From Acidobacteriota bacterium (lineage in GTDB: Bacteria; Acidobacteriota; UBA6911; RPQK01; JAJDTT01), in assembly GCA_965263035.1 (NCBI GenBank), contig OZ253580.1, positions 32,001 through 96,000 of the forward strand: DNA of 64,000 nt, written 5' to 3'. Below are positions 40,194 to 50,737 of this stretch, one piece after another. The first letter of the stretch is position 1. The number at the start of each line of letters is the position of its first letter. The position numbers and the translations under genes were made by a program. The notes below the pieces were generated by a model. That model had not been told where the DNA came from, ran no database searches, and saw nothing but the letters and a program-made list of their open reading frames with translations.

Positions 40194-40275
40194 CGACAGG
40201 TGGGGGCAGGTCCTGAGGGGCGGGCGGTTGGATCGGTGCCCGGCGAACGCTGGTCCGTTACGAACGCGTCAGGCG

Positions 40276-40629
40276 TCACGCGTCAACTTTCGTCGTCGTT
40301 ATCCACCGGCCAAGGATAAAGACTACCAACGGGATCATATAGATCATGATTCCCCCCAGATGGCTCACCTGATAGGAGAACAGGAACTCGTAGACCCAAA
40401 CTGCGGCCGCGGTGAACGCACTGGCTCCGACAAAGGCCGAGTCCCGCCGGGTCCAGACCCGCTTTTTCTTGGGAAGAAGGACGAGGTAGATGACCACCCC
40501 GGTGACCAAAAAGCCCAGGAAGTGCAGTGGCCGGTACAGTGAAGGACCGACGTACTGATCCAGGGACGCCAATCTTTCATATAGGAAGACTGACAGGACT
40601 ACGGCAATAATGAGCCGCAGGATCCTCAT
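40276..40629 (-). CDS. small multi-TM membrane protein
   Basis: Four hydrophobic segments. Confidence 0.65.
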   Translation of the reverse strand: MRILRLIIAVVLSVFLYERLASLDQYVGPSLYRPLHFLGFLVTGVVIYLVLLPKKKRVWTRRDSAFVGASAFTAAAVWVYEFLFSYQVSHLGGIMIYMIPLVVFILGRWITTTKVDA

Positions 40630-40692
40630 CGCTCAGCTGCCTTTAGGGAGCCTTCGGACTCGCCCGCTCGAATCGATCCAGAGAAGCCGGAA

Positions 40693-41475
40693 TCAGTTGC
40701 GGAACGAGGGGTCCCTCTGGTCCATGAGCCGAACCAGGGCTGCGAACTCCAGTTGGCCCAGGTCTGCGGCGCACTTGGCAAAATCATCCATCTGGTCCGC
40801 CGAGCGCTTGATGACCGATTCAGGCGGGATCACCAGGTTCTGCCGGCAGGCCATGGCGTCGAGCTGGACCTGGCAGGCCCGCTCCAGGCGGTAGATGTGC
40901 AGGAACGCCTCGGGAACGGTCCGTCCGACGCTCAGCAGACCATGGTTGCGCAGGATCATGGCGTTCGCCGTTCCCAGGTCCTGGGCCAGTTTCTTGCGCT
41001 CCTCCAGAAAGAGCTGAGAGCCTTCGTATTCGTGGTAGGCGACGTTGTTGTAGAAACTGGTGGCGTTCATGCTGATGTTCAGGAGACCGCATTCCAGCGC
41101 CGCCACGGCCATTCCGGCCCGGGTATGGGTGTGGATCACGCAGTGGGCATCGTCCCGGTGTTCGTGGATTGCGCTGTGGATGACGAACCCGGCCGGGTTG
41201 AAGGGATAGTCGGAGGGCTCGACGAGATTCCCGTCCAGGTCGATCTTCACCAGGCTGGAAGCCGTGATCTCGTCGTAACGCAGTCCGTAGGGGTTGATCA
41301 GAAAGTGGTGTTCGGGGCCGGGCACGCGTAGCGAGATATGCCCGTAGATCAGCTCGCACCAGCCGAAGTAGTCCACAATCCGGTAGCAGGCCGCGAGCTG
41401 GACCCGGAGATCCCGTTCGACGGCATCTATTTCCCGAGGAATCTCGGAGACTACGGTTGTCTGTATCGTCGCCAT
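40693..41475 (-). CDS. class II aldolase/adducin family protein
   Basis: GHISLR, GFVIHSAIH, CVIHTHT, LRNHG. Confidence 0.92.
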   Translation of the reverse strand: MATIQTTVVSEIPREIDAVERDLRVQLAACYRIVDYFGWCELIYGHISLRVPGPEHHFLINPYGLRYDEITASSLVKIDLDGNLVEPSDYPFNPAGFVIHSAIHEHRDDAHCVIHTHTRAGMAVAALECGLLNISMNATSFYNNVAYHEYEGSQLFLEERKKLAQDLGTANAMILRNHGLLSVGRTVPEAFLHIYRLERACQVQLDAMACRQNLVIPPESVIKRSADQMDDFAKCAADLGQLEFAALVRLMDQRDPSFRN

Positions 41476-41532
41476 GGCTGATCCTCCTTAATCAGTTGAG
41501 AAACATGTCCGGGTGCCCTTGTGGGGGTCTAG

Positions 41533-41691
41533 GAGCCTGCGCCACAGAAATTGATCTACTGCGAAAGCGGTAGAATCGGTCCATATTTCCTCGATTTCTC
41601 GGCGAATAGAACAACTATGCACCTCAAAATCGAGAAAATCTGGCCTCGATTCCCCACTTTCTCGCTACGATCATTTCTACCGCGCAGACTC
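41533..41691. mobile_element. MITE-like element with CTAG flanks
   Basis: CTAG-GAGCCTGCG...CGCAGACTC-CTAG; internal palindrome TTTCCTCGATTT/AAATCGAGAAA. Confidence 0.55.
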
Positions 41692-41694
41692 CTA

Positions 41695-41810
41695 GGAGGG
41701 GCGATTTCCCAGTCGCCCATTCCTCCATTCGCCCGTTCCCCCCTTGTTACGTAGGAGTTCGGCGGCTAGAAACCGCCGTTCCTGTTCGGCGGTTGGAAAC
41801 CGCGGCTCCT
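41695..41810. repeat. REP-like composite repeat; intron-free homologue of the intron target site
   Basis: Matches 5451-5527 joined to 6158-6186 without the intron. Confidence 0.75.
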
Positions 41811-41832
41811 TTGAAATCAGATTACCACGACG

Positions 41833-43212
41833 TCAGGACGATTCAAATCGGCGGTCGATCCGGTCCCACTGGTAGCCGAGGCCCGTCCCCCGGAGTGTCG
41901 ACGTGCGGATCCTTCCCTGCTCCAGCTTGAAGAAACCAGGGTGGACCGCCCGCTCCGGCTCGCTGCTGGCGGGAAAGAACTGACGGCTGTTGGACTCGAC
42001 GCCGCGAATAGTCTGCAGCCGGCCCGCCAAGCCGGCCGACTGGAGCAGAGCGATGCCCGGATTCGTCAGATCCTGCACCGCGAATGGAACGCCGGCCGCG
42101 GCGGCCCGGGATGCCAGCACCAGCTCGGCCGACTGGCACTTGCAGGTCTTCAAAGCCAGACCGCTGTACCCCAGTTCCAGCGCCAGCTCCAGATCCTCCA
42201 GCGAACTCAGAGCCTCATCCACGATGACGGGCTTGATCTGCCGCAATTCCGTCATGTCCAGCATTCGTTTTCGTAGGTCCCGTTCGCACGGCTGTTCCAC
42301 GTAGAGCAGAGAGTCGAAGGCGGACCGGTTCTCTTCCTTCAACCGGACCAGCAGCTCCACCATGTACTGGGGTGTGTCGCACATCTCGTTCGTGTCAGCC
42401 GTGAGCCATAGTTCATCGATATTCAGGCGTCGTTGCTCGGTACGAGCCAGCCGGTAGACTTCCAGGAGCCGGTTGAGATCCCACTCCAGGTCGGTGCCCA
42501 GCAGTTTGACCTTGAGACACCGGAGGGCCTCGTAACGGATCCATTGGTCCAGGGAAACGGGCAGGCCGTCGTCGGGATCGTCTTCCGCGACTTCGGCTTC
42601 CGAGAGCTTGTCCATTCCCCCCACCAAGTGGAAGGCATCCACCTGTTCCGGCAGGGGATGGAGAAAATCCGCCACGTAGCGTCCCGTATAGGAAGACCCC
42701 AGCCAGCGGGAGAGGTCGTGATCCATGTGCTCAGGGCCGTAGCCCAGGTAGGTGTCGATGCCTGCCGCGTTCCCGAAGGCGTCGTGAATGGCGGCGTCGG
42801 CGGCGGAGGCGCAGATGAGGGCGTTGAGGCGAGGCATCTCCTCGGCGGCGTCCGCGTCCCGGCAGAGGTTGTGTGTCAGGGACTCCAGTTCCGGCTCCAG
42901 TTCCCAGAAGAGGTCAATGGGATGCGCGAAGGTCCGCACCTCCCCCAGACGTCGGCACCAAGCCGTCACCAGCTGGACCATCAGCTCCTCCCGCTGCGGG
43001 TGGTCCACTAGGCTCGAAGGCCAGCCCCAGACGTCGGAGAGAAAGATGGCGCCCCAACCTTCTCCTCTCTGTCCCTGCCGATTCTCCACTAGCACACGGA
43101 CGTGGCAGAGCCAGGCCGAGTCCATGACCACACCGCCGAACTTCAGGGGCGTCCGGGACTGCTCCCGGGTGAAATACGGCTGAATCTCCAGGATCCGAAC
43201 GTCGGTCTCCAT
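41833..43212 (-). CDS. mandelate racemase/enolase superfamily protein
   Basis: LKVKL, ADTNE, YVEQP, VDEA metal-ligand pattern. Confidence 0.85.
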   Translation of the reverse strand: METDVRILEIQPYFTREQSRTPLKFGGVVMDSAWLCHVRVLVENRQGQRGEGWGAIFLSDVWGWPSSLVDHPQREELMVQLVTAWCRRLGEVRTFAHPIDLFWELEPELESLTHNLCRDADAAEEMPRLNALICASAADAAIHDAFGNAAGIDTYLGYGPEHMDHDLSRWLGSSYTGRYVADFLHPLPEQVDAFHLVGGMDKLSEAEVAEDDPDDGLPVSLDQWIRYEALRCLKVKLLGTDLEWDLNRLLEVYRLARTEQRRLNIDELWLTADTNEMCDTPQYMVELLVRLKEENRSAFDSLLYVEQPCERDLRKRMLDMTELRQIKPVIVDEALSSLEDLELALELGYSGLALKTCKCQSAELVLASRAAAAGVPFAVQDLTNPGIALLQSAGLAGRLQTIRGVESNSRQFFPASSEPERAVHPGFFKLEQGRIRTSTLRGTGLGYQWDRIDRRFESS

Positions 43213-43222
43213 ATCCGATTCC

Positions 43223-44500
43223 CTACCCTTGCAACAGGCTTTCCACCATCGGCACCACTCTGAGGGCCGTCATGCCGGCGATTCCCAACAGCACCGCCGC
43301 TCCCAGAACGACGAAGGCCCGTTCCGGAGTAGAGAACGGACGCTGTGCCATGGCGTCGCGGTCGAAGAAGGCCAGCAACGTCGCCAGCACCCCCAGGGGC
43401 ACTGCCAACAGGGTCAGGGCCTGGGCCAGGGCGAGAGCCCGGATCTCCAACTGGCTCTTGGCGGCAGCACCCGCCGCGGCCGCGGGATCCGCAGGCGCCT
43501 CGGATTGGAGGATGGCGACGGCGGTGGCCAAGCCGATGAGCAGGATGACCGTGGCGAAGAGCTTGGTGGACGAAGAGTTCACCTTCCCGCCCAATCCCAG
43601 CCCGTCGCTGACCAGGACCCCGCCGATCAGGGCGTTGGTCACGAAGCTGGAGAAGGCGGCGGTACCGAATCCGACGCAGAAGATGATGCGAGCATATGCC
43701 CCGAAGACACCCTCCAGTTGCATCGCCATGCCGGCGGCGCTGTCCACCGACCCGCCGGGATACAGCACGGCGGCCGCCGTCATCATGATCACGCAACCAA
43801 TTGCCGTGTAGAGGATGGACGCCAGCACCGTGTCCGTGACGCCGCTGGAAAAGTCCTCCTCCTTCCAGCCCTTGGCCCGGACCAGATAGGCCTGAAAGAA
43901 GGCTGCCACCATCACGAAGGTGGTGGCGACCAGGCCTCCCAACGTGAGCCAGTCGGCGCCTTCCGGAACCCGCGGGATGAACGCCCCCTTCAGCGCGGCT
44001 GACCAGTCCGGTCCGGCCCACAACAGATTGACCAAGAAAGCCAGGATCATGAAGACGAGGAAGAAGGTCATCAACCGCTCCAGCAGCAAATAGATGTTCC
44101 GGAAGCCCAGGAGGAAGACGATGGAAAGCAGTGTGAAGCCCACGGGCCAGACCAGCTTGGGGACGTCAGCCCAGAGCGTGGTCATGGCGGCGGTGACGCC
44201 CAGATTGTTGCCGAACTGGAAGGTGGCGTTCACCGATGCCAGCGAGAGGCCGCAGACCACGGCGAACCAGGGTCCCAGCTTGCGGGAGGCCACGCCCAGG
44301 AAAGTCTCTTGGGAGTAAAGGCCAAAGCGAAGGAAGAGGGCGAGAAACCCCGCCATAAGGGCGCCGGCGAGAATGGCCAGCCAGAGCATGGAGTAGCCGT
44401 AGGCAGCGCCGGTGCGCGACATCAGGGTGACGCTGCCCGGTCCGATGATGCAGGCCCCCACGATGAAGGCGGGTCCGATTCGTTTCAGTCCAACGGCCAT
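43223..44500 (-). CDS. NRAMP/MntH-like (APC superfamily) transporter
   Basis: IGPAFIVGACIIGPGSVT, FQFGNN, multiple TM helices. Confidence 0.82.
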   Translation of the reverse strand: MAVGLKRIGPAFIVGACIIGPGSVTLMSRTGAAYGYSMLWLAILAGALMAGFLALFLRFGLYSQETFLGVASRKLGPWFAVVCGLSLASVNATFQFGNNLGVTAAMTTLWADVPKLVWPVGFTLLSIVFLLGFRNIYLLLERLMTFFLVFMILAFLVNLLWAGPDWSAALKGAFIPRVPEGADWLTLGGLVATTFVMVAAFFQAYLVRAKGWKEEDFSSGVTDTVLASILYTAIGCVIMMTAAAVLYPGGSVDSAAGMAMQLEGVFGAYARIIFCVGFGTAAFSSFVTNALIGGVLVSDGLGLGGKVNSSSTKLFATVILLIGLATAVAILQSEAPADPAAAAGAAAKSQLEIRALALAQALTLLAVPLGVLATLLAFFDRDAMAQRPFSTPERAFVVLGAAVLLGIAGMTALRVVPMVESLLQG

Positions 44501-45006
44501 GATCGATACCTTCTTGCCGTTCTCTCCGGCACCCAGTGTACAGGGCACCGAAAGGAGCGGCGACTTCTAGTCGCAGAAGAGGAGTATCCATGTTGCAAGT
44601 GGTGGGTGCTAATCGGTGTTTCCATCCCGTGTCGTTAGTACGTGATCTGTCCGGTCCAAGAGGCACAGGGTTAGGAGGAGCGTTCTTCCGCCGGAGGTGA
44701 GGCGGAGATCGAACTGGATCCGCCGGGCGCCGTGCAGGGGGCGATGAGTGGACCGATCAACTGGATCGAGGGGCCTGAGATCGTCGATGTCGGTCCTCCG
44801 GGAGGTCCGGATACGCCCTGGGGAGCGCCGGGTCAAGCCTCCGGCTCCTCCGCTTCGCTGCGCCCCTTCGGGTGACCCGACGCTCCCCAGGGCGTGAAGA
44901 GCTTTCATGGCCGTAAGCAAGCTTCCGGCCAGACTTGACCGGAAGTTCGACAGACGGCCATCAGGGGTCCACACGCTCCCTTTCCTCACGGGGTCTCTCC
45001 GTGGCC

Positions 45007-45954
45007 TCAGAAGGTCGCTCGGGGCGCTACGGGCAACCAGGTGCGGTCCTGCCGGACGAGGGTGTTGGCCAGGACGATAAGCTTGCGCATGACGGCGACG
45101 AGGGCCACCTTGCCGGGCTTGCCGCGCTCGCTCAGCCTCCGGTACACCTCGGCCAAGTCGGGGTTCCAGCGCAGGGCGGCCACCGCCGGCATGTACAGGA
45201 GCCGTCGCGCCCGCGCCCGTCCGCCCCGGATGAAGGCCCGGCCCTGCCAAGCCCCCGACTCGCGCGGAACGGCGGCCAACCCGGCCAGACTGGCGGCGGC
45301 CTTGCCGCTAAGGGCGCCCAGCTCGGGCATCTCGGCCAGCAGACCGGCGGCGGTGGTGGCCGCGATCCCGGGGATGGAGGTGAGGATCTCCAACTTGCGG
45401 GCCCGCGCCTCGTCGGCCGCAATCAGCTGCTGCATTTTGCGGTCGATGGCGCGCAGGTGGCGCTCGAACATGTTGATCTGGATCTGGTTCTGCTGTTTGA
45501 GCAGGGGTTCGCGGAGCTGTCGGCGGCGGTTGAGCGCGGCCGTGCGCTGGCGCATCAGCGCGTCCCGGGACGTCTGCAGATCCTGGAGCCGGCGTTGCGT
45601 TTTGGACGGCACCTGGGTCCGGCGCGGCTCCAGCGTGGCGGCCAGCTGGGCCAGTTTCCGAGCGTCTACGGCGTCGGTCTTGGCGCGGCTCCCGGTCGCC
45701 TCGGCGAAGCGCCGCGCCTGCCAGGGGTTCACCTTGGCCAGCGGCAGCTTCGCTTTGGACAGCGCCTCCTCGAGGTCCCGGTGGTAGGGGCCGGTGGCCT
45801 CGTAGGCGATGCACTCGACCGGAGTTCCGATCCAATCGATCAGCGCCCGGAAGCCGGCCGGGTCATTGTCGAACTGGGCGGAATGGCCGTCGGCCAGCCG
45901 GTGCGCGTCCAGGTGCGCTTTCGAGATGTCGATGCCTACGGTATGCTGTTTCAT
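45007..45954 (-). CDS. IS110-family transposase
   Basis: GIDISK, YEATG, AKTDAVDA, SIPGI, RESG, GGRARARRLLY. Confidence 0.93.
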   Translation of the reverse strand: MKQHTVGIDISKAHLDAHRLADGHSAQFDNDPAGFRALIDWIGTPVECIAYEATGPYHRDLEEALSKAKLPLAKVNPWQARRFAEATGSRAKTDAVDARKLAQLAATLEPRRTQVPSKTQRRLQDLQTSRDALMRQRTAALNRRRQLREPLLKQQNQIQINMFERHLRAIDRKMQQLIAADEARARKLEILTSIPGIAATTAAGLLAEMPELGALSGKAAASLAGLAAVPRESGAWQGRAFIRGGRARARRLLYMPAVAALRWNPDLAEVYRRLSERGKPGKVALVAVMRKLIVLANTLVRQDRTWLPVAPRATF

Positions 45955-46150
45955 CTTTCCTGTCTCCTGTGCTTGTCATTCGGGCCTTGATGCCCTCGTA
46001 TCCATTCAGGACATCGGGAAAGACGGTGGCCGACCTGACTCCTTTTCGGTTCGCAAAAGTCCGCGGCGGTACGGTCCAGCCACCGCCGTCCGGGTCGCTC
46101 ATGAGCGACCCGGACGGCCCCATTTAAACAGACAAGCGGCGGTTTCCTAG

Positions 46151-48227
46151 CCCGAGTTTACTGTGTTCGCGTCAGCATAGCACTGGCCTAGCGCATGGGC
46201 AGACCGATTTCTCAAATTCAAGTTATTGATAAGGAAGAGTTTATCCACCCAGCCCGACCGAGGCCACTGCGCCCGTGACCTCGACTTTTGTATGACCTAA
46301 TTCCTGTTGGACTGTTCTAGGTTAATCCCGGAAGTATCTATCTGATTTCGCAGGATAAATTTTTGATTTCAGGCGAGGACCTTTGACAATCGACCTCTCG
46401 ATACGCTAGTGTATGACCTAATATATGGCCAGCATCGTCAAGAAGATCATCCGCGGCCGCCCCTACTACTACGCCCGCGTCTGCAAACGCGTCCACGGCA
46501 AGCCCAAGATCGTTTCCCAGACCTATCTCGGCCGCGCCGACAAAATCATCGAGAAGCTTCGGGCCGCCCCCGTGCTGGCCCAACCACTGGAGGCGGTCGT
46601 GCGCGAATTCGGCGCCTCCACCGCCCTGCTCGCCCTCGCCCGCCGCTTGCAGCTCGTCGAGCACATCGACCGCCATGTCCCCAAGCGCGGCTCCGGCCCC
46701 TCCGTCGGCACCTACCTGCTCGCCGCCGTCCTCAACCGCTGCCTCGCCCCCGGCTCCAAGGCCAGCCTCGCCCGCTGGTTCGACTCCACCGCCCTCGGCC
46801 GCCTCCTCCCCCTGCGCTCCAGCCAGCTCACCAGCCAGCGCTTCTGGGACCACATGCACCGCGTCCCCGTCTCAGCCATCCCCGCCATCGAACGCGACAT
46901 CGTGACCGCCATGACCCGTGAGTTCGGCCTCGACCTGCGCCAAGTGCTGTTTGACGCCACCAACGTCTTCACCTACATCGATTCTTTCAACGAGCGCTCC
47001 CAGCTGGCCCAGCGCGGCCACAGCAAGGAGGGCCGCAGGTCGTTGCGCATCATCGGCGTGGCGCTGCTGGTCACGGCCGACTTCCGCCTGCCCCTGCTGC
47101 ATCGCACCTATCCCGGCAACCGGCCCGACGCGCCGCTGTTCCAGAGCCTCTCCGCCGACTTGGCCCGGCGCTACCATGAGATCGCGGCCGGCGCCGAGAC
47201 GGTCACCCTGGTCTTCGACAAGGGCAACAACTCGCGCGAGAACCTGGACTGGGTCGAGCGCGGCCCCTTCCACTTCATCGGCTCGCTGGTGCCGACCCAA
47301 CACCCGGACCTGCTGGCCGTGCCGGCGGACCAGTTGCGCTCGCTGGAGGCCGACGGGTTGCCCGGCGTGCACGCCTACCGCACCCACTACGAAGTGTTCG
47401 GCGTCGAGCGCACGGTGCTGGTGATTTGGAACCAAGCGCTGTTCGACGCCCAGTGCCGGACGCTGCTGCGTGAGATCGCGAAGCGGCGCCAGCACCTGCG
47501 CGCGCTGCAGCGGCAGCTTCGCCGCTGGCGCGACGGCAAGATCCGTGGGGGGCGCAAGCCGGGCGTGGCCACCACGCGCAAGAAGGTTGACGGCTGGCTG
47601 CGGGCCCGGCACATGCGGGACCTGTTCGACGTCCAGGTGCGTGAGGAGGACGGCTTGCCGAAGGTGAATTACCGCTTCCAGCGGCGCGCCTGGGAGCAGC
47701 TGCAGCGCAGGTTGCTGGGCAAGACCCTGCTGTTCACCGACCAAGCGGGCTGGAGCGACGCCGAGTTGGTGCGCGGCTACCGCGCCCAGCATCATGTCGA
47801 GAGCGCCTTCCGGCAACTCAAGGACAGCAACTGCATCGCGATCCGGCCGCAATACCACTGGACGGATCAGAAGATCGCGGTGCATGTGTTCTGCTGCGTG
47901 CTGGCGCTGATGCTGTGCGGACTGCTGCAGCGGGAACTGAGCCGCCACGGCGTGTCGGGCTCGATCCCCGCACTGCTCGACGCACTGGGTGGGATCCGCG
48001 AAGTCGACGTACTCTATCCCGCACAGGAGGAGGGCGGCAATCCCGAACTCAGGACGACGCTCTCGCAGATGACGGACGAACAGCGCAGGATGTACGAAAT
48101 CCTAGACCTACAAAGCCAGACGATCTAACCTCTGATGCGGCTCCGTAGGTCATACGGGAGGGCTGACCTATGTCTCTGCAAAAAAAGAACTTATCTTTAT
48201 CTTTTTGTCCAACACGGTAAACTCGGG
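46151..48227 (+). mobile_element. IS1634-family element (or an IS1634 nested in a MITE)
   Basis: 17-bp IR CCCGAGTTTACTGTGTT / AACACGGTAAACTCGGG, CTAG on both flanks; internal GTATGACCTA repeats. Confidence 0.7.
46425..48128 (+). CDS. IS1634-family transposase
   Basis: LFDATN, GHSKEGR, VFDKG, YRAQHHVESAFRQLK, HVFCCVLAL. Confidence 0.9.
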   Translation: MASIVKKIIRGRPYYYARVCKRVHGKPKIVSQTYLGRADKIIEKLRAAPVLAQPLEAVVREFGASTALLALARRLQLVEHIDRHVPKRGSGPSVGTYLLAAVLNRCLAPGSKASLARWFDSTALGRLLPLRSSQLTSQRFWDHMHRVPVSAIPAIERDIVTAMTREFGLDLRQVLFDATNVFTYIDSFNERSQLAQRGHSKEGRRSLRIIGVALLVTADFRLPLLHRTYPGNRPDAPLFQSLSADLARRYHEIAAGAETVTLVFDKGNNSRENLDWVERGPFHFIGSLVPTQHPDLLAVPADQLRSLEADGLPGVHAYRTHYEVFGVERTVLVIWNQALFDAQCRTLLREIAKRRQHLRALQRQLRRWRDGKIRGGRKPGVATTRKKVDGWLRARHMRDLFDVQVREEDGLPKVNYRFQRRAWEQLQRRLLGKTLLFTDQAGWSDAELVRGYRAQHHVESAFRQLKDSNCIAIRPQYHWTDQKIAVHVFCCVLALMLCGLLQRELSRHGVSGSIPALLDALGGIREVDVLYPAQEEGGNPELRTTLSQMTDEQRRMYEILDLQSQTI

Positions 48228-48325
48228 CTAGAGCAAAGCCGTGTCTTTGATTCAGGGCCATGGTGGACGGCACAAGAGAGAAAATCACGCATTGAAACAC
48301 GTACCTTTTGGTACGGAGATAGACT

Positions 48326-48532
48326 ATGACTGGAGTCGAGTTCATCCGCCGTGCGAGTCGCTATGCGAAACGGACCGGTCAGGATTTCCGATTGGAGCCC
48401 AGCCGCGGCAAGGGCAGCCACGCACGTTTATGGATCGGCCGGCGATTTACCACAGTAAAGCGGAGTGAGTTGCAGCGGGGGACCTTTTTTGGGATGTTGA
48501 AACAGTTGAACATCAGCACGGAGGACTTCTGA
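48326..48532 (+). CDS. hicA: HicA-family toxin
   Basis: GKGSH motif, 68 aa, directly upstream of hicB. Confidence 0.85.
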   Translation: MTGVEFIRRASRYAKRTGQDFRLEPSRGKGSHARLWIGRRFTTVKRSELQRGTFFGMLKQLNISTEDF

Positions 48533-48534
48533 CG

Positions 48535-48963
48535 ATGCGATACGTTTACCCCTGCGTCCTGGCACCGGAACAGGAGGGCGGATTCTCTGTCACGTTTCCA
48601 GACGTTCCCGAGGCGCTGACTTGTGGAAACGACAGGGTTGAAGCCTTGGCGATGGCCGAGGACGCACTCGCGACAGCATTGGCTGGATACGTTCAGGAAC
48701 GTTGGGACATCCCAATTCCGGCCATACCTACCAGTGGTCAAGAACTGATCGCCGTTCCGCCTGTCGTTGCCTCCAAGCTGGCCCTCTACAGATGCATGCG
48801 CAAGCAGGGCATCACCAAGGTCGCTCTTGCCAAGCGCTTGGGCCTGAGCGAAGGCGCTGTCCGAAAACTTCTGAAACTGGATCATCGGTCGCATATCAAC
48901 CAGGTCGAGAGAGCGCTTCGGGTGGTAGGGCGCTACTTGGTCGTCGAGGACAGAGTCGCCTGA
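48535..48963 (+). CDS. hicB: HicB-family antitoxin with C-terminal HTH
   Basis: YPCVL..GGFSVTFPDVPEALTCG...EALAMAEDAL plus HTH. Confidence 0.9.
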   Translation: MRYVYPCVLAPEQEGGFSVTFPDVPEALTCGNDRVEALAMAEDALATALAGYVQERWDIPIPAIPTSGQELIAVPPVVASKLALYRCMRKQGITKVALAKRLGLSEGAVRKLLKLDHRSHINQVERALRVVGRYLVVEDRVA

Positions 48964-49127
48964 AGTCGAGTTGAAGTCCCGCTTCGGTTCTCGGCCGAGC
49001 CGCAAGCTCAGAGGAAAACCCGTAGACCGTCTCACGTATCGGATGTGAACAGCCAACACCGGTGTGGTACCTTTCGGTCTTCCCGGACGAGAATGTCAAC
49101 CCTTTCAACCCCAGCCGAGAGGAGCCC

Positions 49128-50693
49128 ATGAAATCCCACTTCTGGACACGAACGCTATCCCTGCTCGTACTGTCCACCATCACTGCCGCCGCTTCCGACG
49201 TGCCAAGCCTGGTGGAGATCGGCAATCGCAAGCAGTTGTTCATCGACGACTACATGATCCAGAGCCTCACCGACGCCAAACAGGTGCTCAACACCGCGGT
49301 CAAGGAGCCCAGCAACCCGGTGATCCGCCCGGACCGGCCCTGGGAGGGACATTTCTCTCCTGTGGCCAAGGTCCTCTACGACCCGGAGGAGAAGCTCTTC
49401 AAGATGTGGTACTCCACCAGCGGCGACTGGCGCGCGGAACCGGGAGGGCAGCTCGTGGAATTCCACTGGACCGACACCGGCGCCACTCGGAAAAGAGTCG
49501 ATGCTCCCTACCGATACGTGGGGATCTACGGCAACTACAACTACCGGCTCTGCTACGCCACCTCCAAGGACGGAGTCCATTGGGAAAAACCGAATCTGGG
49601 CAAGGTGGAGTTCAACGGCAGCCGCAACAACAACCTGCTGCCGGCCGGCGGCCGGGCGCCGACCTTCGAGGACCCCAACGAGACCGATCCCGCCAAGCGG
49701 TACAAGTCGATTGCCATGACGCGGACCAAGAATCCGCCCGGCATGCAGTTGCACGTCTACTATTCCCCGGACGGATTCAACTGGACTCCCGAGCCGACCA
49801 ACCCGGTGATGGACACGACGCCGGAGCCCGGTCGCTGGGGCCCCACCCACTACATGGGATGGGACCCGATCCGGAAAGTCTACGCCGCCCACATCGAAAA
49901 CTGCCTTCACCGCGCCTGCCCCACCGGCAAGAGGATCGTGGGGCGGGCCGAGAGCCCCGATTTCAGGAATTGGAGTCTCCCCCAGAACATCCTCCTTCCG
50001 GACGCTGAGGACTACCCGGACGCCGAGTTCTACCTCTTTCCGGTGGTGGCGTACGAGGGCACCTACATTGCCCTGCCCTGGATCTTTCGAACCACCCGGA
50101 CCCTCCACTACCCGACCCTGGCCTTCAGCCGTGACGGAGTGAACTACGAACGGAAGTTCCGGGAGCCCCTGGTCCGACCCGGCGCCGAGGGGAGCTTCGA
50201 TTCGGTCAGCGTCTACGTCCACGCACCCATCATGCAGGGAGGGAAGATCCGGATCTACTACACGGGCGCCAACTGGCGGGGGCCCGAACAGCTCTATCTC
50301 AGGCAGGAGGCCGAGGGAGAATCGCCGCTGAGGGCACCCGGTCTGGCGACCCTGCCGGAGGACGGGTTCGTCTCCATCGACGCGGGCAAGCTCAAGCCCG
50401 GGATCCTGCTCACCCAGACCTTCAGCTTCGATGGCTCGGGCCTTTACGTCAACATGGAGGCCGCCCGGAACAACGACGGCTCCGGGATTCCCCAGATCAA
50501 GGTGGAGATCCTGGATCACCAGACCAAGCCGCTGCCCGGCTTCTCGTTGAAGGAGTCGGATCCTCTGGCTGCCCGGGGATCTGCCCAGGCAAGTTGGCAG
50601 GGCAATAGCGACGTAAGTTCATTGGAGGGGCGCCCTGTCCAGCTTCGCTTCTGGATCCGGAACGCGAGCCTTTTTTCGTTTCAGTTCAAGTAG
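49128..50693 (+). CDS. secreted five-bladed beta-propeller glycoside-hydrolase-like protein
   Basis: Signal peptide, KQLFIDD, SKDGVHW/SPDGFNW/SRDGVN repeats. Confidence 0.75.
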   Translation: MKSHFWTRTLSLLVLSTITAAASDVPSLVEIGNRKQLFIDDYMIQSLTDAKQVLNTAVKEPSNPVIRPDRPWEGHFSPVAKVLYDPEEKLFKMWYSTSGDWRAEPGGQLVEFHWTDTGATRKRVDAPYRYVGIYGNYNYRLCYATSKDGVHWEKPNLGKVEFNGSRNNNLLPAGGRAPTFEDPNETDPAKRYKSIAMTRTKNPPGMQLHVYYSPDGFNWTPEPTNPVMDTTPEPGRWGPTHYMGWDPIRKVYAAHIENCLHRACPTGKRIVGRAESPDFRNWSLPQNILLPDAEDYPDAEFYLFPVVAYEGTYIALPWIFRTTRTLHYPTLAFSRDGVNYERKFREPLVRPGAEGSFDSVSVYVHAPIMQGGKIRIYYTGANWRGPEQLYLRQEAEGESPLRAPGLATLPEDGFVSIDAGKLKPGILLTQTFSFDGSGLYVNMEAARNNDGSGIPQIKVEILDHQTKPLPGFSLKESDPLAARGSAQASWQGNSDVSSLEGRPVQLRFWIRNASLFSFQFK

Positions 50694-50737
50694 ATCGTGA
50701 TGAAGAGGGGGACTGCAAGTCCCCCCTCCCAGGGTGC

